NCBI GenBank assembly: GCA_951406725.2
Contig: OX597816.1
Span: 52,576,001 to 52,640,000, forward strand
Reading direction: 5' to 3'
DNA: 64,000 bases
Source of the DNA: Octopus vulgaris
Lineage: Eukaryota
In this document: piece after piece, positions 53,670 through 64,000 of the stretch
Layout: the number at the start of each line of letters is the position of its first letter
How positions within the stretch are numbered: position 1 is the first letter of the stretch
Notes under the pieces: generated by a model
The model's database searches: none
Told to the model about the DNA's origin: nothing
What the model saw: only the letters and a program-made list of their open reading frames with translations
Program-made: the position numbers and the translations under genes

Positions 53670-53939
53670 TGCATATTTACATATATTTATCCATGCGCAG
53701 TTAACACAACCCCACCATTTACTGACTTTATATATATATATATATATATATACATACATACATACATATATATACACACATACATATACATGTGTGTATA
53801 CACATAAACACACATACACACATAACAGTAAAATGTTAAGTTGAGAATACATAAAAGTTACTGTGCGAAGAGGAATTGGAAGTAGGCAATTAAAACTTAA
53901 AATAAAGGATGATTAAAAGTATTTCATGAACATTATCAT

Positions 53940-54345
53940 CACTAATAGAACTACTACTACTACTACTACTACTACTATTACTATTAGCACCATGACTACC
54001 ACTGTCAGCACCACCACTACACCTAAACTTCACATTTCTGTTTCCATTGCAAATATTGTTTCAATCAAGGCGACTGCCATAATGAAAACAACCATTACCA
54101 CCATCGCCAGAATCCTCACAAATATAACTGTCACCACCATTACTGATGCCATCGCTTCTACTGTCGCTAGTGCTACCACAAACACTGCCACCACAACCAC
54201 CAGCTCCCACAACTATCACCATCAAAACAACCACCAGTACTTACCATCACAACAACTACCACCATTACTAACACTACCACCACTACTACTGCTGCTGTCA
54301 CTGCTGCCACTGTTACCACCAGCACCACCAGCACCACCACCAAGG
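53940..54345. repeat. Degenerate (ACY)n low-complexity tract (similar tract 56790-57080)
   Basis: ACT/ACC-rich triplets. Confidence 0.8.
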
Positions 54346-54357
54346 CAGTTTCTACAT

Positions 54358-54898
54358 CACTGGTTCCCAACCTGGGGTCCGCTGACCCCTGGTGGTCTGC
54401 AAAGGAAGTACTGGGAGTCCATGAACTAAATTCAAAATTTCATATATAAATATATTTTTATTTATTTATGCGCCCTTTTCAAGCCTAGCCAGGCTCATGG
54501 GCCCAGTTTCTTGGTTTCTATGGCGTGTGTGTTTCCCCCCAGCTGGATGGGACACCAGTCCATTGCAGCGTTACTCAAGAAACAGGAAGAAAGAGTGAGA
54601 GAAAGTTGGGGCGAAAGAGTACAACAGGGGTCACCACCACCCCCTGCTGGAGCTTCATGCAGCTTTAGGTGTTTTCGCTCAATAAACACACAACGCCTGG
54701 TCTGGGAATCAAAACCACGATCCTCTGACTGCGAGTCCGCTGCCCTATCCACTGGGCCATTGTGCCTCCATATAAATATATACATAAGGATAAGCATATT
54801 AAAAGGGGTCTGTTTGAAAAGTCATTTAAACAAAAGGGTTGGGAACCATCGTTGGAGACCACTGTTAGGAACCACTGTGAAATGGTTGGAAACCACTG
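54358..54898. mobile_element. hAT (Charlie-like) MITE with nested SINE
   Basis: CACTGGTTCCCAACC ... GGTTGGAAACCACTG with 8-bp TSD TTCTACAT (54350-54357, 54899-54906; central TA). Confidence 0.8.
54456..54770 (-). mobile_element. SINE family D nested in hAT MITE
   Basis: Full-length; ATATAAATATA on both flanks. Confidence 0.85.
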
Positions 54899-54974
54899 TT
54901 CTACATGGTTGCTAAGTGTACATGCATAAATCTACTTCAGAACTTTATGGATGCTGTCACAGATTTGGAAATTC

Positions 54975-55669
54975 TAAAGTTAGGTAAAAGTTTTCAAATT
55001 TGGTGCATTGGTGTAAATTTCTATGCTGAATCGAAATTTTGGATTCATTCATTCCAGGCCAAATTTTGAAAGATGTTACAGAGGTTCAAAGTTTGATCAT
55101 TTTTAGTCGCCAGAAAACAGGAATCAGATGGCATTTTCTGCATGATAGCTATCAATAACAAAATGATTCTCATGAAAATTTGTTGTGGTGAAGTGTTACA
55201 ATCACACAGTACAGCATCCTTGTTACAATGAAAATGAGGCAGACTACAGCTTTGTTGTTACAATGGCAACAGACACCAGTGTGAGTTATATGGTCATGAG
55301 TATTATTGTGGCTTTTGATTGAATAAAATTCCCCAAAATTTGCAAAGTTTAAAAGCTGTTAACTTTTTGTTTATTAACAATTGCAGTGTGGAAGGTGTTT
55401 GTAAGCCATTTAAGAAACACACAAAAGCCGTTCGATTCACTTCAACATTTAAGTTTAATTTGTCAAAATATTTTTGTCGCTATAAGACCATGACCTGTTC
55501 ACTGACAAAAACCCATGCTGCATCTTGTTTATTAATTTATAGGAAAACTGAATTTTTATTTCATAATTAGCATACAAAACTAAATTAATACACCAAATTT
55601 GAAAAATAGTTGGAACAAGATTTTTAAAAAATACGAAATCTATAACAACTGAAAAGATCCTCTACTTTA
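54975..55669. mobile_element. Degraded DNA transposon (possibly Kolobok-like)
   Basis: Subterminal inverted repeat TTTTCAAATTTGGTGCATT (~54991) / AATACACCAAATTTGAAAA (~55587); right end ...CTACTTTAA. Confidence 0.3.
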
Positions 55670-55719
55670 AATCATAACTTCTTGTCCTAATATAAGAAGT
55701 ACACATAAATTGTAGTTGC

Positions 55720-56045
55720 GATACCCATGCCAGTGGCACGTAAAAAGCACCATCTGAATGTGGCCGATGCCAGTGCCGCCTTCACTGGCATCCATGCCGG
55801 TGGCACGTAAAAAACACCAACCGATCATGGCCATTGACAGCCTCCTCTGGCCCGTGTGCTGGTGGCACGTAAAAAGCACCCACTACACTCACGGAGTGGT
55901 TGGCATCAGGAAGGGTATCCAGCTGTAGAAACACTGCCAGATCAGACTGGAGCCTGGTGCAGCCTTCTGGCTTCCCAGACCCCGGTCAAACCGTCCAACC
56001 CATGCCAGCATGGAAAACGAATGTTGAACGATGATGATGATGATG
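55720..56045 (+). mobile_element. Family C RTE 3' end
   Basis: Three units + terminus + (GAT)n. Confidence 0.75.
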
Positions 56046-56188
56046 ACATAAGATAATGTCTTGAAAACACTGAACAAAAGTCAGGATGGTCACAGCTGGA
56101 ATGGCTTTGGCCATGATGATGACATAAGATAATGTCTTGAAAACACTGAACAAAAGTCAGGATGGTCACAGGTGGAATGGCTTTGGCC
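56037..56188. repeat. 76-bp tandem duplication
   Basis: 56037-56112 and 56113-56188 differ at one base. Confidence 0.9.
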
Positions 56189-56218
56189 ATCAGTTGGGTT
56201 CATTGATGCTGTAATTTA

Positions 56219-56784
56219 TTGGGTTGTCCGGAATGGTCATGCCGATTTATAGTAGCTTACCTTTCGACTTTTTTTAGAACATGGTTGAGTCCATAAAATA
56301 GGATTTGACTACACCTCCCTTTAGAGCACAGTTTAAGCTATCTTTTTGTGGAAGAAGGTTTATGTTCCTATAACCTGTGTTAATTCTGTAACCCTTTAAA
56401 ATGGAAGATAAGAAAGTTCATTTTCGACACTTGATGCTATGGGAGCCAGACAAAAATTGCTGCAGCTCGGCTGCGATGTGTTATCCCACCCTCCATATTC
56501 ACCAGATATTGCTCCTTCAAATTTCCACTTATTCAGGTCTCTACAGGATAGTCTTAATGGTAAAAATTTCAATTCCTTGGATGACGTAAAAAGAAACCTT
56601 GATGAATTCTTTGCCATGAAACCATCTCAATTCTGGGAAGAGGGTATTTTAAAGTTAAAGGAAAGATGGAGACACATTGTGCAACAAAATGGTTCATATT
56701 TGTTTGATTAAAAATGTAATGGCTAGTATTTATTGACCTTTTTCTTTCCTTTAAAAATCAGCATGAACTTTCCAGACAGCCCAA
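56219..56784 (+). mobile_element. Internally deleted mariner (DD34D) transposon
   Basis: 30-bp TIRs (25/30 match, TTGGGTTGTCCGGAA...) with TA on both sides. Transposase N-terminus MEDKKVHFRHLML (56401) is joined by a frameshifting deletion to the C-terminus ...HPPYSPDIAPSNFHLFRSLQ...RWRHIVQQNGSYLFD* (to 56711). The third catalytic D is N. Confidence 0.92.
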
Positions 56785-57382
56785 TAGTATCATTCCAACT
56801 GTCACTGTCTCTGTAACCACCAGCACTATCACCCACACAACAATCACAAATACTACCAACACCACCATTACCACAATCAGTACCACCCACATTAACTTCA
56901 CTCCATCAACTCCTCCGAAACCACCAACACAACCCACCACGACTTTTAGTTCTTCCATCGATACAAATTTGACCATCACCGACAGTAACACCAGCACCAC
57001 CAATCTTTCCATTATCACCGCCGACAGCAATAACAACAGCACCTACACCACAACACAACACCTTCACCATCACCACCACTATGCTAATTTATCACCTCTG
57101 CCAACGCAACTCTATCGCTGTAATCGGCGCTATGACCAATATTATAAATGCTCAAACATCATTTATTCTATAACTGTAAAATTAAAATAACCTTAACTTC
57201 CTAGAGAGGAGATTAAAAAAAAAAAAAGCAATAATTATAGTGTGTGTGTGTTCGTTTGTTTGTGTGTATAGAAATCAATAAACATTAAAATCAAATTGCA
57301 AAATTAGATTAGAATTATCAATAGAATTGTAATTATAGTGTGAAATAAAATATATTTAAACATTCATTAAGACAAAGCATAT

Positions 57383-57439
<57 letters not shown>

Positions 57440-57954
57440 GAGAGGAGAGGGTAAAAGAAAGAGGATAAAGAGCAAATGACAGAAAGAGAGTAAGTGAAAG
57501 AGTGAGAAGGAAGAAGAATGAGTTATGTCTTTTAATTGTTTCAAAAGGTCATCTTGAAGAAGACCAGAGACATCATAAGTATCTAAGGTAAACGCCCCGT
57601 GGTGAAGACCATCTCACTTTAAGTGACATCTACACAAGGAATTGATTAACAAAGCACTGGAATCTAGCTGAACATTTGTCAATTTTATGGTGCTGCTGCA
57701 GACGTAGTACTAATGTTCTGTTAAATGGATGAAGCCATAGAGAGTGAAGTATCTTATGATTGAGTGGTTAAGAAGCTCACTTTGCAACCATGTGGTTTTG
57801 GGTTCAGTCCCACAGTGCAGTACCTTGGGCAAATGCCTTCTACTATAGCCAGCCCTAGGCTGACCAATGGCGTGGGGATTGGGTGAATTTGGTAGATGGG
57901 AGTAAAGTGGAATCTTATATATATATACATACACACACACATATATATATATAT

Positions 57955-58122
57955 CATCATCAACATCATCATCATCGTTTAACGTCCGTTTTCTGCGCTA
58001 GCACAGGTTGGACAGTTCGACCGGAGTCTGGGAATCCAGGGGCTGCACCAGGCTCCAGTCTGATCTGGCAGAATTTCTACAGCTGGATGCCCTTCCTAAC
58101 GCCAACCACTCCGCGAGTGTAG
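57955..58122 (-). mobile_element. Family C RTE 3' end (short)
   Basis: (CAT)n + terminus. Confidence 0.7.
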
Positions 58123-58639
58123 TGATGATGATGATGATGTGTGTGCACATATGTATGAAAGCAAAGAAAGAAAGAAGGAAAAGAAAGAATGAATGAATGA
58201 TGAAATGTAATATATATATATATATATAAAATCCAAAAAATAGACCAACAATGCAACAGAAGAAAATAAGACATCCAGGCAGATAGACGATACAAAGAGA
58301 GGCAGGAAAAACAACAAAGACAGGAAAAAAAAAAGGACAGGTCATTCATGGCCTACTCTCCTCAGTTCCAGATTATCCTTAGAGTTTCAGCTGGTTACAC
58401 TTGAGACTGTTCAAATCTTGCTAATCCCAAAAATATAAGCTAAGAGCATTAAATATTTTGGAAGAAAGCAAGTGAATGTGTATGACAACAAAGGCAAAAA
58501 AAAAAAAAGAAAAAAAAAAGAAAAAAAAACGGAGAAAATGTTACACAATTACAAATACAAGCAACAAGAAAATAACAACAGGTGTCTTTCGACTAAGAGA
58601 TGAATCAAGTTGAGCTGGCGTGTGCAGGGGGAAAGCCTT

Positions 58640-59210
<571 letters not shown>

Positions 59211-59279
59211 GGTTCTGTTATCCATAGCAGAAGTGTTAAGGTTGCATTCCCTGGTGAAGAGGATTGGCCTACAAGAGCC

Positions 59280-59545
59280 CTGTGATGGTGCCACATAAAA
59301 AGTACTCATGCTGGTGCCACATAATGAGCACTCATGCCAGTGCCATGTAAGGGCCTTTTGTGCCAGTGGTAGATTAAAAGCACCCAGCACATACTGTAAT
59401 GTGGCTATTACTGGGAAGGGCCTCTAGCTGCAGAAGCGAAGGCAAATCAGACTGGAACCTGGTGCAGCTTCCCACCTCTGGTCAAACCGTCCAACCCATG
59501 CCAGCATTGAAAACGGAATTAAAGAATGATAGTAATGATGATGAC
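59280..59545 (+). mobile_element. Family C RTE 3' end (diverged)
   Basis: Degenerate units + GGAAGGGCCTCTAGCTG...CCCATGCCAGCAT + (GAT)n. Confidence 0.6.
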
Positions 59546-60066
59546 ATAGATATATAAGATGTTCTCCCAGAAATCCAAAGAGATGACGGTGAAAAAGACA
59601 GACAGAGCAAAGCAGATAGGGAGAGAGAGAGAGAGAGAGAGAGAGAAAATGGCTTTTGAGAAAATGATGTAGAATTACAGCAGAGCAGAAGAGAGAGTTA
59701 TGGATTAATAAAAGTGCAGTTGTGTATGTTTATTAGTCCATATAAAACTACTCTAATTAAACTTTATAAGAAATGAAGGCTCCTGACAGATTGATAATTA
59801 TGAAATAAATTTAAATATTTTATAGAATATTTATCAAATGATTAATAATCATAAAACAAATTCAAATATAAAATATGTATGAAATATGTATTAAGTGACC
59901 GTTACATTTAATAACAATTCTAATGATTCTCGTCAAATGTTTGCCTAATCTAATAGTAATGTAAATTCCTTGAGATTTCCACATGTGGAAGGTTATAATG
60001 CTGAAAATTATTACTGTGTTACCTACCAGCCCAGAATGGTCTAGCATAGAGAACATCAATATTCAT

Positions 60067-60104
<38 letters not shown>

Positions 60105-60108
<4 letters not shown>

Positions 60109-60319
60109 TTTCATTCTTTTATTTGTTTCAGTCATTTGACTGCAGCGATGCTGGGGCAGTGCCTTTGGTCGAGCAAATCAACTCCAGGATTTATTCTTTG
60201 TAAGCCTAGTATTTATTCTTTTGGTCTGCTTTGCTGAACCACTAAGTTACGGGTATGTAAACACACCAGCATCAGTTGTCAAGTGATGTTGGGGGGAATA
60301 AATACAGACACACAAACAT

Positions 60320-60352
<33 letters not shown>

Positions 60353-60856
60353 GTGAAGGTACATGAGTCAGTGGTTAGAGCATTGAGCTTACGATCGTGA
60401 GGTTGTGAGTTTGGATCCCGGACCGGGCTGCGTGTTGTGTTCTTGAGCAAGACACTTTATTTCACTTTGCTCTAGTTCACTCAGCTGTAGAAATGAGTTG
60501 CGATGTCACTGGTGCCAAGCTGTATTGGCCTTTGTCTTTCCCTTGGATAACCTCAGTGGTGTGCAGAGGGGAGGCTGGCATGCATGGGCGACTGCTGGCC
60601 TTCCATAAACAACCTTGCCCAAACTTGTGCCTGGGAGGGTAACTTTCTAGGTGCAACCCCATGGTCAGTCATGACTGCAGGGGGTCCTTAATATATATAC
60701 GACGGGCTTCTTTCAGTTTCCATTACCAAATCCACTCATAAGGCTTTGGTTAGTCCGAGGCTATAGTAGAAGACACTTGCACAAGGTGCTACACAGTGGG
60801 ACTGAACCCAGAACCATGTGGTTGGTAAGCAAGCTACTTACCACAGAGCCACTCCT
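60105..60856 (-). mobile_element. SINE family A interrupted by a family E SINE
   Basis: Tail 60105-60350 and head 60690-60856 flank a + strand insertion. Confidence 0.8.
60352..60688 (+). mobile_element. SINE family E (tRNA-derived)
   Basis: A/B-box head (CAGTGGTTAGAGC; GAGTTTGGATCCC), GTGTTCTTGAGCAAGACACTT...CACTCAGCTGTAGAAATG core, distinct 3' tail. Confidence 0.8.
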
Positions 60857-61280
60857 AATTCCATTTAAAATTTCCATCAGTTCTGAAAAATTTGGCTTAG
60901 TTAAATGTCAGAGACACATAATTACTGTTCTTAACAAGAATGGTAGCCGTTAGATGAACAGTAAATTGGGATGCTAAGATAAAATTAGACAATTAGTGCA
61001 GAGAATATTAATTATCCCAATGGCTAATTATGGTCAAAAAAAAAAAAAAAGGCAAGGGAGACAACCATCAAATTTTGATCAATTAATATTAATTAAATAT
61101 GAAATGCAAAGAAGGCTGTCAAATGAACAGCTGTTTGTCACGGTTTGAATGCACTAAATAGGTTAAACCAGAATTTCCCAATTGTAAAAGAGATTGATAG
61201 GGGCTCTGTAAGAAACTGATAGGGAGTCAGTGAGAAATAGTGATAGACAGGCTAATTATGGGGCCACATCTGTATTCTAT

Positions 61281-61686
61281 ACTCTTTACTCTTTTACTTG
61301 TTTCAGTCATTTGACTGCGGCCATGCTGGAGCACCACCTTTAGTCGAGCAAATCGACCCCGGGACTTATTCTTTGTAAGCCCAGTACTTATTCTATCGGT
61401 TTCTATTGCCGAACTGCTAAGTGACAGGGACGTAAACACACCAGCATCGGTTGTCAAGCAATGCTAGGGGGACAAACACAGACACAAAAACACACACACG
61501 CATATATATATACATGTATACGACGTGCTTCTTTCAGTTTCCGTCTACCAAATCCACTCACAAGGCATTGGTCGGCCCGGGGCTATAGCAGAAGACACTT
61601 GCCCAAGATGCCACGCAGTGGGACTGAACCCGCAACCATGTGGTTGGTAAGCAAGCTACTTACCACACAGCCACTCCTGCGCCTAT
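61281..61686 (-). mobile_element. SINE family A (young)
   Basis: Full-length, with probable TSD GTATTCTAT / CTATATTCAT-like flanks. Confidence 0.85.
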
Positions 61687-63088
61687 ATTCATAATTATAT
61701 TTTATACTGTTGTACATTTGAAATCGTGGCATCTGTAGGTAGTAAGGAGACCCTACAGGAAAAATTACTTCTTTACATGGAATTGAAAAGGAATTTGGTC
61801 TAAAGAAGTTTTAGTCATATAAAATTTCTTGAGCAAGAGTATTCTATTACAGTCTTGGTAGGTGGAGACTGAAAGAAGCTCATTGTATATGTGTATGTGA
61901 TTGTCCCCTACCAACCCTTAACAACTGGTGTTGGGGTGCTTATGTCTCCATAACTTAGCAGTTCAGCAAAAGAGTCTGATAGAATAAGTACCAGGTTTTA
62001 AAAAAACTAATAAGTACTGGGGTTGATCCATTCACCTAAAATTTCTTCAAAGCAATGCCCCAGCATGGCCACAGTCAGATGACTGGAACAAGTAAAAGAT
62101 AAATGATGGAAGATATATGATAATGTCTGAAAAAGTCATTGCAGGTCCTTTATGTGAATTTGGGTCTCCCATAAGCTTTAATGCACTTAAATGGGGTTTT
62201 TTTTAAAAATATATTCTGCTGAAATTGGGAGGCATCTAATATGACCAAGCATCTTTTATACCACCAAATGCAGTAGTTTCCTTGGTTCTATCAAACTGAT
62301 GACTGCCACACTACCACCACCAACACCACTGCACCCGGCACCCAGGTACATTGCTTGACTTTTAGAGGTCCCCTACAACTTTTTGTTTCGAGGCTCCATC
62401 CCTTCAATCAAAATTCATAATCTACACACCTTTAATTCATAGCTATACTTTACTTTATTCTATCTGCAGTACAATATTTCATGCTATCCTAAAGAACATA
62501 TTTAGGTAGGGATGTTTGTGGAACAATGCAATATTTTTACAAGAACTTTTATAGGTACAGTGTATTACCATTTTATTTCTTGAAATTCTCAGGTAACATA
62601 GGTAGTTTAATTCTTGTACCTTAACCAAAGTAAATAAGATGACTCATCTACATGCTTTGATTTTTACATGGGGCCTCTCAACTGCATAGGCCTCCTGTGA
62701 CTGCAGCGGTTTCAGGGGCTTAGCGACAGCCCTGCTGACACCATCACCATCACCACATCTATTAAATCTCTCTCAAATCATACCCCACTACTTCAAGAAA
62801 GAAAATAATACATTCAGTAATGTAACTAGAGAAACATGTCTGAAAAAAGAGAACAAGATGGCCATAATTGGAAGACTTTTGATTAAATCTGCTCAATGAG
62901 AGAAAATTAACCACAAATCAGCATTAAAGAATTCCTAATTAATTCTGGAGTTCTGATAATTAAGTGAGAAAGCAACATACTTTTTTACATACTTTCAATG
63001 ATTAAATAAAGTTTGAAAAGATTATTTCATCAAAAGAATTGTTAAAATCTTGATTAAAAAATTTCTAAAACAAAATCCTTGCATTTAC

Positions 63089-63249
63089 CTTCAGTGACAA
63101 ATCTGACAACAACTGGTTTTTCACTGCCAGCAACAAAGCCAAACCCTCTGTGAGGGTCTCTTGACAAAGTGACGTCTCTGGGTTGAGGAGGCTCAATGTA
63201 ATCAACATCTTCTCTTGGATCAGCTCTTGTTGTGTAACGTTCGATGTGG
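63089..63249 (-). CDS. FRMPD4: FRMPD4/Preso-like FERM and PDZ domain protein, internal coding exon (end of WW domain + N-terminal half of PDZ domain)
   Basis: Minus strand: acceptor ttttatcttccag|C CAC ATC..., donor GAA G|gtaaat; 161 nt, phase 2 to phase 1. Encodes HIERYTTRADPREDVDYIEPPQPRDVTLSRDPHRGFGFVAGSEKPVVVRFVTEG. The GFGFVAGSEKPVVVR PDZ loop and preceding DPR match the FRMPD1/3/4 family as I recall it. Exact orthology is not provable here. Confidence 0.92.
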
Positions 63250-63631
63250 CTGGAAGATAAAACCAAAATAATATTTGGGTTACATGTCTTAAAGTTATTA
63301 TACAGTTAATTAAACTAATTGCTGAAATACTTCAACTCTCGGGAGAGTTGTGCTTTGGGAGGGTCATTGCACCAGTTATAATAAACACACACACATTATT
63401 TCTTATATTATTGTTTATCATAAGGTGATGAACAGGCAGAATCATTAGCAAAATGTTCAGCAGCATTTTGTTGACCTTCATGTTCTGAGTTCAAATTCTG
63501 TCAAGGTTGACTTTGCCTTTCATCCTTCAGGGTCGATAAAATAAGTACCAGTTGAACACAGGAGTTGATCTAATCAATTTACCCATCCCCTGAAATTGCT
63601 GGCCTTGTGCCAAAATTTGAAATCATTATTA

Positions 63632-63953
63632 TTATTACCTCTATCTTAGCAAAGGCAGAGGTACTGTTTTCAGTTATGTTTGTTTTTTTGCTTGTTTTTT
63701 GTCTGTGGACAAGATATCTCAAGAACTGCTGGATGGATTTGGATGAAACTTTCAGGGATGTTTGGTCTTGTAACTGGCACAAACTGATTAGATTTTGGGA
63801 TTGATCCAATACTGGACAAGTATTCTGAATTATTTGCTCTATTTACTTTACATGAAATATTACAAGATATTCTCATTTTAAAAATCATCTCCAGCTAATC
63901 ATTGAGAGGACGTTGGTGTTGCCTTGGCAGAGATTTGCACTCTCTAAGGACTC
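63632..63953 (+). mobile_element. Crypton-like non-autonomous element
   Basis: Starts TTATTACCTC..GCAAAGGCAGAGGT..TGTTTTC, has internal GGATGGATTTGGATGAAACTTT and GATTAGATTTTGGG, and ends CCTTGGCAGAGATTTGCACTCT. This resembles CryptonA-type MITEs from memory. Confidence 0.5.
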
Positions 63954-63960
63954 ATTATTA

Positions 63961-64000
<40 letters not shown>
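63954..64000. repeat. (ATT)n microsatellite
   Basis: Direct reading. Confidence 0.95.

Noticed and set aside
53926-54429. 167-aa Thr/Pro-rich mucin-like ORF
   Set aside because: It is a degenerate ACY triplet tract running into a hAT MITE, with no splice or homology support.
63054-63266. ORF as given, taken as a standalone 70-aa gene
   Set aside because: Only 63089-63249 is exon. The flanks are acceptor and donor intron sequence.

Overview
This is AT-rich, repeat-dense animal genomic DNA. The SINE/LINE families and microsatellites look like those of an octopus (coleoid cephalopod), which is an inference from remembered repeat sequences. Almost the whole window is one ~61.7-kb intron (1357-63088) of a minus-strand FRMPD4/Preso-like gene (WW-PDZ, FERM presumably downstream). 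Two coding exons, 63089-63249 and 1254-1356, splice in frame to give ...HIERYTTRADPR...RDPHRGFGFVAGSEKPVVVRFVTEG|[34 protein letters not shown]. The ORF track misses the second exon. The intron holds at least four tRNA-derived SINE families, which I label A, B, D and E. It also holds 5'-truncated RTE LINE ends (family C), BovB-like and R4/Dong-like LINE fragments, a deleted mariner, a fossil Tc1, piggyBac-, hAT-, Tc1- and Crypton-like MITEs, an initiator tRNA-Met pseudogene and many microsatellites. The other ORFs in the track are repeat or low-complexity artefacts. I found no firmly supported new biological system. The best leads are minimal hammerhead-like folds with altered catalytic cores, a TSD-flanked fold-back SINE forming a 99-bp hairpin, module-swapped SINEs and nested insertions. 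Exon, TIR and TSD coordinates were read base by base. SINE/LINE boundaries are approximate.
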